A DNA stretch of 64,000 bases. Source: Candidatus Latescibacterota bacterium (lineage in GTDB: Bacteria; Latescibacterota; UBA2968; UBA8231). The DNA lies in contig CBDCXV010000001.1 of NCBI GenBank assembly GCA_965223905.1, positions 448,001-512,000 of the forward strand, given 5' to 3'. A program made the position numbers and the translations under genes. Positions 29,645 through 39,841 of the stretch are shown here, piece by piece. Within the stretch, counting starts at the first letter, position 1, and each line of letters begins with the position of its first letter. The notes below the pieces were generated by a model. That model saw only the letters and a list, made by a program, of their open reading frames with translations, did no database searches and was not told the DNA's origin.

Positions 29645-30555
29645 GCGAAGCGGCGGTTCCTGCCCGCTACAGCGCCGAGCGCATAGGGGCCGGCGCCGCC
29701 AGCCTCGCCCTGCTCGCCTCCTTCCTGTGGGGAGGCAACCAGGTTTTCATCAAGATCGGGCTGCAGGGGATGCCCCCGCTGGCGATGGCGGGGGCTCGTT
29801 TCGCCATCGGCCTGCTGGTGGTGGGAACGGCTGCGGCCGCCTCGCGGGAGCCGCTTCGCGCATACCCGGGGGAGCGGCGGCAGCTGCTCTTCCTCGCCCT
29901 CCTCTTCCTGGTGCAGATCGGCCTGCTCAACCAGGGAGTCTTCCACACCACCGCCAGCCGCGCCAGCGTCGTCATCGCGGCGCACCCGTTCTTCCTCGCC
30001 CTCTTCTGCCACTACTTCGTTCCCGGCGACCGCCTCACCCCGCCCAAGGTCGCCGGCATTCTGCTCGCCTTCGCCGGCGTCGTGCTCGCCTTCGCCGAGT
30101 CGGTGTCGCTTGCCGACGCGAGCCACCTTTCCGGGGACCTGATGATCCTCGGCAGCGCCGTGCTGCTGGGACTGCGGCAGACGGTAATGAAGCGGATGGT
30201 GCGCGGCTTTCACCCCTACAAGGTGCTGTTCTGGCAGTCGCTGCTTAGCCTGCCGATGTTCGCCGCGTCCAGTGCCTGGCTCGAGGGGGACGCGGTCTAC
30301 GACTTCACCCCGGAGGTCGTCGTGGCGGTGCTTTACCAGGGGGTCGTGGTGGCGGGGCTCTGTTTCATTTCGTGGGTGTTCCTGCTGCGCCGGCACAGCG
30401 CCAGCCAGCTCGGGGTGTTCGCGTTCACGACCCCGGTAGCGGGGGTGGCGCTGAGCGCGCTGCTGGTCGGAGAGGAACTGTCCTGGATGCTGCTGGTGAG
30501 CATGGTCCTGGTGGCGTCCGGGATTGCGATCGCGGCGCGCGGGCGGCGTGCCTGA
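29641..30555 (+). CDS. DMT/EamA family transporter
   Basis: LWGG, ARF, ~10 TM helices, two EamA repeats. Confidence 0.9.
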   Translation: MSEAAVPARYSAERIGAGAASLALLASFLWGGNQVFIKIGLQGMPPLAMAGARFAIGLLVVGTAAAASREPLRAYPGERRQLLFLALLFLVQIGLLNQGVFHTTASRASVVIAAHPFFLALFCHYFVPGDRLTPPKVAGILLAFAGVVLAFAESVSLADASHLSGDLMILGSAVLLGLRQTVMKRMVRGFHPYKVLFWQSLLSLPMFAASSAWLEGDAVYDFTPEVVVAVLYQGVVVAGLCFISWVFLLRRHSASQLGVFAFTTPVAGVALSALLVGEELSWMLLVSMVLVASGIAIAARGRRA

Positions 30556-30842
30556 AGACCAGGCAGATTCCGCTTCCTCCCGGCTGGTTTCGGATCTGTC
30601 AGAGAAGGCTTGGCCGGCGGTATCCCATTGCTTCCACACTGATGCCTGAGCGATTCGTGCCCCGTGAGTACGGCGAGCGAAGCAAAGCCGCGAACCGGGA
30701 AAACAGACTGCGCCGAGTTCGCGGGGAATTCGCGTGCGCAGGCACCAAGGTTGCCTGTCTGCCGGGAGAAGACTTGGCGGCCCACGGTCTCCGGGTTGCG
30801 CTCGATTCGCCGAATCCTCGGGAGCGTCGGGCTCGCCCCGTT

Positions 30843-32090
30843 CTACCGCACCTTCTCCTGCAGCTCAGCCGCCCCGGGGACCGCTGAGAACACCCTCTCC
30901 TCCTCGGCGCTCATGCGGTAGTCCCGCCTCGCCACAACCCGGCGCGCCACCGCGAGGGCCCGATCCGCGTCATACGGTTCGACCCGGTCGCCGTCGATCC
31001 AGGTGAAGCTGGGCACGAACCTGGGGGGCCGGGCCGCGGCGACGCTGGAGCTGAACCCGACGACGGCGCCGGTCGGGAAGCAGACGCCGATCGCGGCCTT
31101 GGAGTGGTCCCCCATCACCATGCCGGCGAAACGCTTTCCGGTCTCCACCTCTTCGCCGTTGATCGGCACCCGCACCGTCCCGTAGGTGTTCTTGAGGTCG
31201 CTGATGGTGCAGCCGGCGCCGAGGTTGGTCCACGAGCCGATGTAGCTGTGGCCGAGAAAGCCGAAGTGCTGCTTGTTGCCGTACCCCTGCAGAATGGAGG
31301 CCTCGATCTCGCCACCGACCCGGCAGGCCGGACCCAGCGAGGTGCCGCCGCGGATTGCGGCGTGAGGCTGCAGGATGCTGCCGGGGCCGATGCAGGCCGG
31401 CCCCTCGATGTAGGCGTGCGGGCGCACGCGAACGCCGGTGTCGATGTACACCGGTCCGTCGCGGCTGTCGACGACCGTCCCCGGATCGAGCCGGGCGGAG
31501 CCGGCGACAAAGACATCCTCACCCAGCACCGTGACTCCCGGTCCGATCTGGCCGCGCTCGGAGCGGCCAAGGCCCAGCTGCTCCCACCCGGAGGCAAGGG
31601 CCTCGGGGTTTGCACCCACGATTTCCCACGGCCAGGAGAACAGCCGGCAGCGGTCGCCGACGTCGCGGCGCGGGACCCCCTCCAGCAGCCGGGAGATCGC
31701 GGCGTCCTCCTGCAGGCCTTCGGCGGCGAGGGCGGCGGTGAGCTCGGCATCGGCAAGGACAGAGGCGATGCCTCCGTCAGCCGCAGTGCCGACCCAGGGT
31801 TTTTCATCTGAGTTGCAGTCCGGAAGGGAAGACCAGAGGGCGCGGCCGTTGAGCAGCAGGGAAGGACCGGTCAGCCTCTCGTTGACCCCCAGGCCGGTCT
31901 GTTCCTTCACGAGGCCGGCGAGCCGGGGCCGGCAGGAAAGGGAGAGATCCGCGGCCGGCAGCTCCCGCAGCAGGGTGTGGACCCGGGACAGCAGGTCCCC
32001 CATGCCGCAGCGCAGCTGGAAGACGGTGCGCGTGTAGACGAGCGGCAGCAGCCGCGGCCAGCCTCCGTCTTCGTAGAGGACGACGTTCAT
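30843..32090 (-). CDS. GlmU-like sugar nucleotidyltransferase/hexapeptide acyltransferase (Bacteroidota-type)
   Basis: LLPLVYTR...LRCG N-terminus, GPVYI, NKQHFGFLGHSYIGSWTNLGAG, SDLKNTYG; directly downstream of glmS. Confidence 0.85.
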   Translation of the reverse strand: MNVVLYEDGGWPRLLPLVYTRTVFQLRCGMGDLLSRVHTLLRELPAADLSLSCRPRLAGLVKEQTGLGVNERLTGPSLLLNGRALWSSLPDCNSDEKPWVGTAADGGIASVLADAELTAALAAEGLQEDAAISRLLEGVPRRDVGDRCRLFSWPWEIVGANPEALASGWEQLGLGRSERGQIGPGVTVLGEDVFVAGSARLDPGTVVDSRDGPVYIDTGVRVRPHAYIEGPACIGPGSILQPHAAIRGGTSLGPACRVGGEIEASILQGYGNKQHFGFLGHSYIGSWTNLGAGCTISDLKNTYGTVRVPINGEEVETGKRFAGMVMGDHSKAAIGVCFPTGAVVGFSSSVAAARPPRFVPSFTWIDGDRVEPYDADRALAVARRVVARRDYRMSAEEERVFSAVPGAAELQEKVR

Positions 32091-32137
32091 GGAAGGTGGC
32101 GCTGACTCCGGGGAGGCCGCGTGCCGCGACGCCTCCC

Positions 32138-33970
32138 TCACTCCACGGTCACGCTCTTGGCGAGGTTTCTCGGCTTGTCGACGTCGTGGCCGCGGATGAG
32201 AGCGGCGTGATAGGCCAGCAGCTGCAGCGGAACCGTGGTCAGGATGGGGGACAGCAGCGGCAGCGTCGGCGGCACGTAGAGGACTTCCTCGGCCAGCCTC
32301 TCCAGCTGGCTGTCTCCCCGGTTGGCGACGGCGATGACGCGGCCCTGGCGGCTGCGCACCTCCTCGATGTTGGCCAGCACCTTGTTGTAGGTATGGTCGC
32401 GCGGGGCGATCACCACCACCGGCATGCCGTCGTCGATCAGGGCGATGGGGCCGTGCTTCATCTCGGCGGCGGGCAGCCCTTCGGCGTGGATGTAGCTGAG
32501 CTCCTTCAGCTTCAGGGCCCCCTCCAGCGCCACCGGATAGTTGACCCCGCGGCCGAGGTAGAGCCAGTTGTCCCACCCGGTGAGCCGGTCGGCCAGGGCC
32601 GCCACCTGGCGGTCGAGCTCCAGGGTTTCAGTCACCTTGTCGGAGATCTTCTCGAGCTCCTTCAGGATGGCGACGGTGCGCTCCGCCGAAAGGTGGCGCC
32701 GCCGCCCGAGGTCGAGGGCGATCATCGCCAGCACGGCGATCTGGGCGGTGAAGGCCTTGGTGCTGGCGACCCCGATTTCCGGCCCGACGTGCAGATAGAC
32801 GCCGGCCGCGGTTTCCCGGGCCAGCGTCGACCCGACGGCGTTGACGACGCCGAACGCCGCGGCTCCCTTGGTGCGCATTTCGGACAGCGCGGCGAGGACG
32901 TCGGCGGTTTCTCCCGACTGGCTGATGGTGACGCAGACGGTGCCGGTCTCGACGACGGGATTTCGGTAGCGCAGCTCGCTGGCGTACTCGACCTCGGTCG
33001 GGATGCGCGTCCACTCCTCGAGCAGGTACTCGCCGATCAGGCCGGCGTGCCAGGCCGTGCCGCAGCCGGTTAGAACCAGCCGGCCGCAATTGGCCAGCTC
33101 TTCTTCCAAGGCCTGCAGTCCGCCGAGGTGAACGCGGCCGGAGCGCAGATCGAGGCGCCCGCGCATGCAGTTGCGAAGCCCTTCCGGCTGCTCGTGGATC
33201 TCCTTGAGCATGAAGGACGGGTAGCCACCCAGCTCGATCTGCTCGAGGGTGGTCTCGAGGACGTCGGTTTCGCGATGCACCGGCTGCGCGTCCCCTGTCG
33301 ACACGTGCAGCCCGTCGGCGTCGATGCGGGCGATTTCGTGGTCTTCGAGGTAGAGGACCTGGCTGGTGTGCTCGACGATGGCGTTGCCGTCCGAGGCGAC
33401 CAGGTATTCCCCGTCTCCCACGCCGACGATCAGCGGGCTGCCGCGGCGTGCCGCGACGAGGGTGTCGGCGGCATCGGTGCAGACCAGGGCGATGCCGAAG
33501 GTGCCGTCGACTTCCTTCAGGGCGGTGCGCACGCTGTCCATCAGGTCGCCGGACCCGGCGTAGAGGAACCCGATCAACTGCACCAGGGACTCGGTGTCGG
33601 TTTCCGTCAGGAACTCGACCCCCTCTCTTTCGAGGTAGGCGCGCACCGCGGCGTGATTCTCGATGATGCCGTTGTGGACGAGGGCGATGCGGCCGGCCGC
33701 GTCGACGTGGGGGTGGGCGTTGCCGTCGGTGGGTGCGCCGTGGGTGGCCCAGCGGGTATGGGCGATTCCGACCGAACCGGCAACAGGTTCGCCGTCGAGG
33801 CGGGATTCCAGGTCGGCGATGCGGCCCGCGGTCTTCCAGAGGCGGAACGACCCGGAATCGAGGGAGCAGACCCCGGCCGAGTCGTAGCCGCGGTATTCGA
33901 GCCGGCGCAACCCGTTGAGGAGCACTTCGCGGAGGGATTTCCTGCCGGCGTATCCGATTATTCCACACAT
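32138..33970 (-). CDS. glmS: Glutamine-fructose-6-phosphate transaminase (isomerizing)
   Basis: MCGIIG, LEYRGYDSAG, HTRWATHG, SQSGET, VASTKAFT, PRNLAKSVTVE. Confidence 0.98.
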   Translation of the reverse strand: MCGIIGYAGRKSLREVLLNGLRRLEYRGYDSAGVCSLDSGSFRLWKTAGRIADLESRLDGEPVAGSVGIAHTRWATHGAPTDGNAHPHVDAAGRIALVHNGIIENHAAVRAYLEREGVEFLTETDTESLVQLIGFLYAGSGDLMDSVRTALKEVDGTFGIALVCTDAADTLVAARRGSPLIVGVGDGEYLVASDGNAIVEHTSQVLYLEDHEIARIDADGLHVSTGDAQPVHRETDVLETTLEQIELGGYPSFMLKEIHEQPEGLRNCMRGRLDLRSGRVHLGGLQALEEELANCGRLVLTGCGTAWHAGLIGEYLLEEWTRIPTEVEYASELRYRNPVVETGTVCVTISQSGETADVLAALSEMRTKGAAAFGVVNAVGSTLARETAAGVYLHVGPEIGVASTKAFTAQIAVLAMIALDLGRRRHLSAERTVAILKELEKISDKVTETLELDRQVAALADRLTGWDNWLYLGRGVNYPVALEGALKLKELSYIHAEGLPAAEMKHGPIALIDDGMPVVVIAPRDHTYNKVLANIEEVRSRQGRVIAVANRGDSQLERLAEEVLYVPPTLPLLSPILTTVPLQLLAYHAALIRGHDVDKPRNLAKSVTVE

Positions 33971-34087
33971 ACTGGTATCAGCTGATCGATTCGAGAAAAC
34001 AGGGGACGGGAGGGCAGGCGGGCGGGAGGAACGCCGTCCGACAAAGATAGCGAAATGCCACTGGAGACGTGGCCGCGCCTGACCGCT

Positions 34088-35887
34088 TCAGCCGGCGAGG
34101 GCGGCAGCCTCGTCGACGCGCTGCCGGATGAGGTCGCACCCTCCCTGCCAGAAATCGCGCGAGGACACGTCGATTCCGAGGCCGGCGAGCAGTTCGGCCG
34201 GTGCCCGCGAACCCCCGGCAGCCAGCAGCTCGAAGTAGCGTTCGACGAACGCTTCCCCCTCGCTCCGGTAGCGGGCGTAGAGGGCGAGCACCAGCAGTTC
34301 CCCGAAGGCGTAGGCGTATACGTAGAACGGCACGTCGACGATGTGGGGGATGTAGAGCCACCAGCAGGCGTGGTCGTCGCCGAGGGTGAGGGCGTCGCCG
34401 AACATCGCCTGCATGTTGCGCTGCCAGAGCTCGTCGAACCGTTCGGAGGGCAGCTCTCCCTCCTCGCGGCGGGCGCGGTGGGCCTGCTGCTCGAAGCGGT
34501 ACATCGCTATCTGCCGGAAGACGGTGGCGAAGGTGTCTTCGATCTTTCCGCACAGGAGGGCCAGGCGCTCCCCGTCCGATTCGAGCTCCCCCCGCAGGCG
34601 GTCGAACACCAGCATCTCGGCGAAGGTGCTCGCCGCCTCCGCCATCGGCAGCACGGGGTGGTAGTCGAGAAGGTGGTTGCCGCTGGCGAGGACGTCGTGA
34701 ATCCCGTGGCCGAGCTCGTGCGCCAGAATCATGACGTCCCGTGGCGAGTCGGTGTAGTTCAGGAAGACGTAGGGATGCAGGTCGGGTGTGATGCCGGCAC
34801 AGTAGGCGCCCCCGCGCTTGCCGTCGGCCAGGGCGGCGTCGATCCAGCGCCTCTCGAAGAAGGGCTCGCAGATGTCGAGGAGGCGGGGCGAGAACTCGCC
34901 GAACGACCCGAGCACGATGTCGCGCGCCTGTCCGAAGGGGATTTTCGATTCCTCGCCGGATATCGGGGCGTAGCGGTCGTAGTGGGTGAGTTCGTCGAGG
35001 CCGAGGAGCTGCCGTTTGAGGTGGTAGTATGCTGCCACGGTGCCGTAGTTCGCGGCGCAGACCTCGCTGACCGTGTCGACGACGCCGCCGCTCAGCTCGT
35101 TGTTCAGGTGGCGGCTGTCCTCAGGCGTGCGGTAGGACCGCAGGCGGTCGAGCACCTCCTTTTCGTGCAGCAGGGTGTTGTAGATGAAGGTGCCGACGTG
35201 GGTGTTCCGCCGCAGTCCCCCGGTGATCGCCGCGGCCGCCCGCCTGCGGGTGTCGCGGTCGGGATCGTAGAGCAGCACGAGGATTTCACTCTGCGTTTTC
35301 TCGACCACCTCCCCCTCTTCCTCTATCCGGAACCGGGTCCGCGAGTTGACCTCGGTGGCGAGGCGGGCGAAAGCGCTCCCCCGCGAGTTGGCGGTCTCGA
35401 CGAGGATCTTTTCTTCCGGTTCGCTGAGATTGTGCGCCGCCATCCGGCGCTCATGGTCGAGGTAGTGCCGGTAGGGGGCCAGCTTCGGAGCGTCCTTGAT
35501 GCGATCGTACGTCTTCAGTGGAATGCGGCCGATCTCGAGGTCGAAGAAGACCAGGTGGGTGGCTGTGGAGCTGTCGAATTCCCGCGTCTTCTGCAACAGC
35601 GCCCCGCGCGCCGGATCGGTGGTGTCGGTCGAGTAGAGCAGACCGGCGTAAGCCCCCGGTTTGTACTGCAAGGTCAGCAGATCCTCGTAGTCGGCCAGGG
35701 CCTGGCGAAGATGCGCCGCGGAGAGGCCGGAAACGGCGATCGAGCCTTTGTACTTCCGCTCGAACTGCTGCGCCCGCCGGGCCGCTTCCCCCATGTCGCC
35801 GTCGAGACGCGGATCCTCGCCGCCGGCATAGAGGTCGGACAGGTCCCAGGTAGGAAGGGCTTCGGTTTCCCGAGGGGATCGGGTCAT
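34088..35887 (-). CDS. M3B oligoendopeptidase F
   Basis: WDLSDLY, GKRGGAYC, HELGH, AEAAS, YIPH, FYVYAYAFG. Confidence 0.93.
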   Translation of the reverse strand: MTRSPRETEALPTWDLSDLYAGGEDPRLDGDMGEAARRAQQFERKYKGSIAVSGLSAAHLRQALADYEDLLTLQYKPGAYAGLLYSTDTTDPARGALLQKTREFDSSTATHLVFFDLEIGRIPLKTYDRIKDAPKLAPYRHYLDHERRMAAHNLSEPEEKILVETANSRGSAFARLATEVNSRTRFRIEEEGEVVEKTQSEILVLLYDPDRDTRRRAAAAITGGLRRNTHVGTFIYNTLLHEKEVLDRLRSYRTPEDSRHLNNELSGGVVDTVSEVCAANYGTVAAYYHLKRQLLGLDELTHYDRYAPISGEESKIPFGQARDIVLGSFGEFSPRLLDICEPFFERRWIDAALADGKRGGAYCAGITPDLHPYVFLNYTDSPRDVMILAHELGHGIHDVLASGNHLLDYHPVLPMAEAASTFAEMLVFDRLRGELESDGERLALLCGKIEDTFATVFRQIAMYRFEQQAHRARREEGELPSERFDELWQRNMQAMFGDALTLGDDHACWWLYIPHIVDVPFYVYAYAFGELLVLALYARYRSEGEAFVERYFELLAAGGSRAPAELLAGLGIDVSSRDFWQGGCDLIRQRVDEAAALAG

Positions 35888-35920
35888 GGGGTTTCCTGTT
35901 GAATAACGGAAACTCCGGAT

Positions 35921-37051
35921 TCAGTCTTTACGCACCAGCTGCCCCGCCCTCACCGTCGCCAGCGGCTCCCAGCAGCCCCCCGGCCGCTCGACGTCCAGGG
36001 TGTCGCGCAGCCGGCCCTCCTCGTTCCACTGCAGCAGCGCCAGGTCGGCGCAGGCCCCGGCCGCCAGGGTGCCGGCCTCCCCCTTCAGCCCGAGCAGCTC
36101 GGCAGGCCGCGCCGTTGCCCGCGCCAGGACCTCGGCTTCCGGCATGCCGGCGGCGATGAACTTCGACATCGTTCTCGGCAGGTCGTGCTGCGGGTCGCTG
36201 CCGACGTGGCGGCTGTACTGATCGGTGGAAACGGTGTCGGGGTAGAACCTCTCGGCGATGGCGGGCTCGACGTGGGCGAAGCTGAAGGACCTCATGCCGT
36301 GGCAGCCGTCGAACAGCACCCCCCGCTCCTTCGCCTCCCAGACCGCCGATCGAACCTTGCCGCCGGCGATGATGTTGTCCTCGAGGAAGCTGAAGGTGTA
36401 GGTGACGAGGTCGCCGGCCCGCAGGCAGGGCAGCTGCTCCTCGAGGGGGTAGTCGCTGTTGAACCGCGGTCCGTAGAGGACGGGGCGGCCGCTGCGCCCG
36501 GCCGCCTCGATTCCCCGGCGCATGATCTCTCGCGGGTCGTGGGAGACCGCGGGGTTGTACATGGTGTTGAAGGCGATGCCCCAGATCTCCTCCCCGGCCG
36601 CGGCGATGGTGCCGGCGCAGAGATCGACATCGGTGTTGTCGAGGTGCTCGAAACAGTGGGCTTCCTGCGACTCCCCGTGCTTCGACAGGTGCAGGGCCAG
36701 CCGCACCCGCGTGCGGCAGCCGCCGATCACCTCGTCCCGGTAGGCCGGCCAGTTCAGGGCCCCGGCGTCCCCCTGCGACATGCAGGTGGTGACCCCGCGC
36801 GGCAGGAAGTGCTCGTCCGGGTCGACGCCGTAGCGCGACCCGCCCAGGGCCGGGTGGGCGTGCATGTCGACGAGACCGGGCAGGAGCAGGGCGTCCGGGT
36901 AGTCGAGGGTTTGCGCGGCGGATCCCGAGATGTCGGGTCCGGCCGCGGCGATGCGGTCGCCGCGCACGGCGACGGCGCCCGGGCCGTCGAGGCCGGTGTC
37001 GGCGCAGAAGACGCGGCCGGCCGTAATCAGCAGATCGTAGTCGGTCGTCAT
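35921..37051 (-). CDS. Amidohydrolase/dihydroorotase-like metallohydrolase
   Basis: PGLVDMHAH, GVTT, GDAG, SFSF, TVSTD, GTLAAGACADL. Confidence 0.85.
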   Translation of the reverse strand: MTTDYDLLITAGRVFCADTGLDGPGAVAVRGDRIAAAGPDISGSAAQTLDYPDALLLPGLVDMHAHPALGGSRYGVDPDEHFLPRGVTTCMSQGDAGALNWPAYRDEVIGGCRTRVRLALHLSKHGESQEAHCFEHLDNTDVDLCAGTIAAAGEEIWGIAFNTMYNPAVSHDPREIMRRGIEAAGRSGRPVLYGPRFNSDYPLEEQLPCLRAGDLVTYTFSFLEDNIIAGGKVRSAVWEAKERGVLFDGCHGMRSFSFAHVEPAIAERFYPDTVSTDQYSRHVGSDPQHDLPRTMSKFIAAGMPEAEVLARATARPAELLGLKGEAGTLAAGACADLALLQWNEEGRLRDTLDVERPGGCWEPLATVRAGQLVRKD

Positions 37052-38115
37052 GGGGATCGCAGATCCTGCCCGGCGCTTTCGTTGTTGACTGCCTGCACGA
37101 GCGCCCGCATGTAGGCGATGGAATAGGCGGTGCCGGCACGGCTGCCGCCGATGATCTCGGGGATGTGGTCGGGGATCACCGCCCCGTCGTACTCCACCGC
37201 CCGCAACGCCTGCATCACCCGGTGCATGTCCTGGTAGCCGTCGTCCATCAGGGTCTCGACGCAGAGCTCCGGCATCGGGTTGGAGACGTTGCGGAAGTGG
37301 ACCTTGAACAGCTTTTTGCGGCTGCCGAAATAGTGGACCGCCTCTTCGACGCTGCCGCCCATCCCCTGCTTCCCCCCTTCGAGCCAGCAACCGACGCAGA
37401 GGCAGACGCCGATGTTGGGGCTGTCGGCCATGTCGATGGCCCGCTTGTACCCGGCGAAGTTGCCGAACAGGCAGCGGGGGACGCCGCCGAGAGCGTAGAC
37501 CGGCGGGTCGTCGGGGTGGATGCCGACGTAGACTCCGGCCTCCTCGGCGGCGGGGGCGAGCCGGCGAATCAGGTAGTCGTAGTTGTCCCACAGCTCTTCC
37601 TCGGTGTAGCGGCGGCCGTGGGTCAGCTCCCCCGAGAAGGTCCGGTCGTCCCAGCGGCCGACGGCGTTTCCGACGTCGATGGTGCGGGCGGTCATGCCGC
37701 CGCGGCGGGTGGCTTGGGCGGTGCTCCAGATGCCGTTGCCCATGTGGGCGTAGGTGTGATAGTGGATGCCGGCCTCGCCGAGGTTGCGGATGAAGCGGAT
37801 CAGCTCCTCGACCTTGGCGTCCCGCCCCGGCAGGTTCAGGGTGATTTCAGGGACGTTGTGCACCCCGTGGTGGGCGATGCGGTAGATCTGCAGGCCGAAC
37901 CCGGCGAAGCGGGCCTTGAGCCGCTTGTAGGTCTCGACCGTGTGCAGCGCCGGGTCGTCGATGCCGACCATAAGCCACTCGAGGCCGAGCTGCTGGAAAA
38001 ACCGCAGGTCTTCGTCGCTGGCGTCTTGGGAAGTCTGCCCGGCGACCTGGATTCCCGGTGTCGTCGAGAAGAAGCCGGGAACGGCGCGCAACGGGTAGGG
38101 TTTATCGGTGCTCAT
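37048..38115 (-). CDS. Mannonate dehydratase (UxuA) family
   Basis: EEELWDNY, PAAEEAGV, HPDDPP, CLCVG, VHFRNV, IPDH. Confidence 0.88.
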   Translation of the reverse strand: MSTDKPYPLRAVPGFFSTTPGIQVAGQTSQDASDEDLRFFQQLGLEWLMVGIDDPALHTVETYKRLKARFAGFGLQIYRIAHHGVHNVPEITLNLPGRDAKVEELIRFIRNLGEAGIHYHTYAHMGNGIWSTAQATRRGGMTARTIDVGNAVGRWDDRTFSGELTHGRRYTEEELWDNYDYLIRRLAPAAEEAGVYVGIHPDDPPVYALGGVPRCLFGNFAGYKRAIDMADSPNIGVCLCVGCWLEGGKQGMGGSVEEAVHYFGSRKKLFKVHFRNVSNPMPELCVETLMDDGYQDMHRVMQALRAVEYDGAVIPDHIPEIIGGSRAGTAYSIAYMRALVQAVNNESAGQDLRSP

Positions 38116-38136
38116 GGGACTCTTTGGGGCCGCGGT

Positions 38137-38517
38137 CTAAACCTCGAGCGGCTCCGGGGTCTTCAGCACGAAGAACTTGCGGACCGCCTTCCTGACGTTC
38201 CAATGGGCTTTCAGCCCGATCGGAAAGTGGGCCATGTCGCCGGGGCCGACGTCGTAGCTCCTGCCCCCTTCTTCGGTGATCGTCACTTCTCCTTCGAACA
38301 GGTAGACGAACTCGTCCCAGGTGTAGGTCCAGTCGAACTCGCCCGGCTCGCAAGTCCACAGACCGCTGGACAGGGTCTTGTCCGCCGATTGGTTGAGCAC
38401 GGCGCCGCGTGCGACCGGATTGCCGGCGGTGATCGAATCCCCGTCGATGGGCATGTCGGGGAGGGAGCCCTCCGGCTCGCTGGCGGTGATCATGGCGATG
38501 GTGCTGAGGTCGGTCAT
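38137..38517 (-). CDS. Cupin, DUF861/EutQ-like
   Basis: SGLWTCEPGEF..WDEFVYLFEG..GPGD..FP.G..W.V..VRK. Confidence 0.9.
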   Translation of the reverse strand: MTDLSTIAMITASEPEGSLPDMPIDGDSITAGNPVARGAVLNQSADKTLSSGLWTCEPGEFDWTYTWDEFVYLFEGEVTITEEGGRSYDVGPGDMAHFPIGLKAHWNVRKAVRKFFVLKTPEPLEV

Positions 38518-38620
38518 GGGATTGTCTCCGGTGGGAGGTGGGAGTGCGATTGCTGCCGGCTCATGCGATGAGAACCGGGGGCCGAACGGTCGAAACGAAG
38601 ATCGGCGTCACACACAGGGT

Positions 38621-39577
38621 TCAGGCAGCCGCGGCGCAGGAGACGGCGCGGATTTCGGAGGAGGCGCTCCAGACCGCCTGCCAGCGCCGGCCGCGGTCGC
38701 CGCTGCGGTACAGCGTCCCCTCGACCGCGGCCCAGGCGACGCCGGCGGCGTCGAAGGCGACCCGGAAGGTGTCGACGTTGTCGCGCGCAACCTCCGGGAA
38801 GCCGTCGCGGACGTGCGCCCAGGAGCGCCCGGCGTCGTCGCTGCGGAACAGCTTGCCCGTGCCCTCGGCGTGCGGCCCCCTGCTCACCGATGCGAGCAGG
38901 CAGTCCGGGTCGGCCGGATGCACGGCGACCGCCCTGCCGTAACGGGCGGGCAGTCCGCCGGAGCGGTGCTCCCAGGAGTCGCCGCGGTCGCCGCTGACGA
39001 ACACGGCCTGCGCGGTGTTGGCGTACACCCGCTCCGGGGCCGCGGGGCAGACGGCGACCTGGTGCACGTCCTGGTGCAGGCCGGGGGTCACCGGCTTCCA
39101 GGACTCGCCGCGGTCGGCGGAGCGCATGATGCTGCCGACGTGGATGTCGGCGTACACGTCGGCGCCGGAATGGGCGAGGCTGCGCACAGCCGGCGGGCCT
39201 CCCCAGGGGGTGTACCAGTCGTCGCGGACAGCGAGCCGGGCGAAGGATTCGATCCGCCGTGCCGGCGTTCCGCGTTCCATCCGGTAGACGTGGGGCGGCT
39301 CGGTCCCGATCAGCAGCACCAGCGGATCCTCGGCGAGAAGGTGCAGGCAGCAGATCTCGTCGTCGATGCCGCTCTCGCAGCGCTCGGCCCCGTCCGCGCC
39401 GATGCAGGCGACCTCGCCGTTGGGCAGGGCCACGACCCCACCCCCGTTGACGGCGGCCTCGCCGGCGATCGCGGCTTCGTCGAGCACCCGTACCGGTTCT
39501 GGTTCCGGGGCCGCTTCGTCCGCTACGTATACGGTCTCTTCCGTCAGTATCAGCAAAGGGTCGCTCGCGGCCGGCAA
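38621..39577 (-). CDS. BNR/Asp-box beta-propeller protein
   Basis: Four SxDxGxSW-type Asp boxes (SADRGESW, SGDRGDSW, SDDAGRSW, SGDRGRRW); GTEPP; start uncertain. Confidence 0.82.
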   Translation of the reverse strand: MPAASDPLLILTEETVYVADEAAPEPEPVRVLDEAAIAGEAAVNGGGVVALPNGEVACIGADGAERCESGIDDEICCLHLLAEDPLVLLIGTEPPHVYRMERGTPARRIESFARLAVRDDWYTPWGGPPAVRSLAHSGADVYADIHVGSIMRSADRGESWKPVTPGLHQDVHQVAVCPAAPERVYANTAQAVFVSGDRGDSWEHRSGGLPARYGRAVAVHPADPDCLLASVSRGPHAEGTGKLFRSDDAGRSWAHVRDGFPEVARDNVDTFRVAFDAAGVAWAAVEGTLYRSGDRGRRWQAVWSASSEIRAVSCAAAA

Positions 39578-39637
39578 GCCCGGCGGCGAACCCTCCTTTC
39601 CATTGGATGGCGATTGCGTGACATACGGCGCTCGCGG

Positions 39638-39666
39638 TTGTCAAGGCATATATACTGCGCTAAAAT
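39638..39666 (+). promoter_or_regulatory. Putative sigma70 promoter for phoX
   Basis: TTGTCA-17 bp-TAAAAT. Confidence 0.5.
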
Positions 39667-39841
39667 GAGCGCGATCAAGCAGGCACGAAAACTCAGCAGC
39701 CCTTCCAAGGATAGTTGCCATGCCGGGGAGCGGGGGAACCGCGATGGGAGTCCGGATGTTGTTTCACCGAAGCCGGGATGGATCGGCGGAAGAGTTGCGA
39801 GGTGTTGACGAGACAGGACGCCAGGGAAAGGACCGGGAAAA

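Noticed and set aside
33971-34087. glmS ribozyme upstream of glmS
   Set aside because: No AGCGCC...GACGAGG core found; spacer is short
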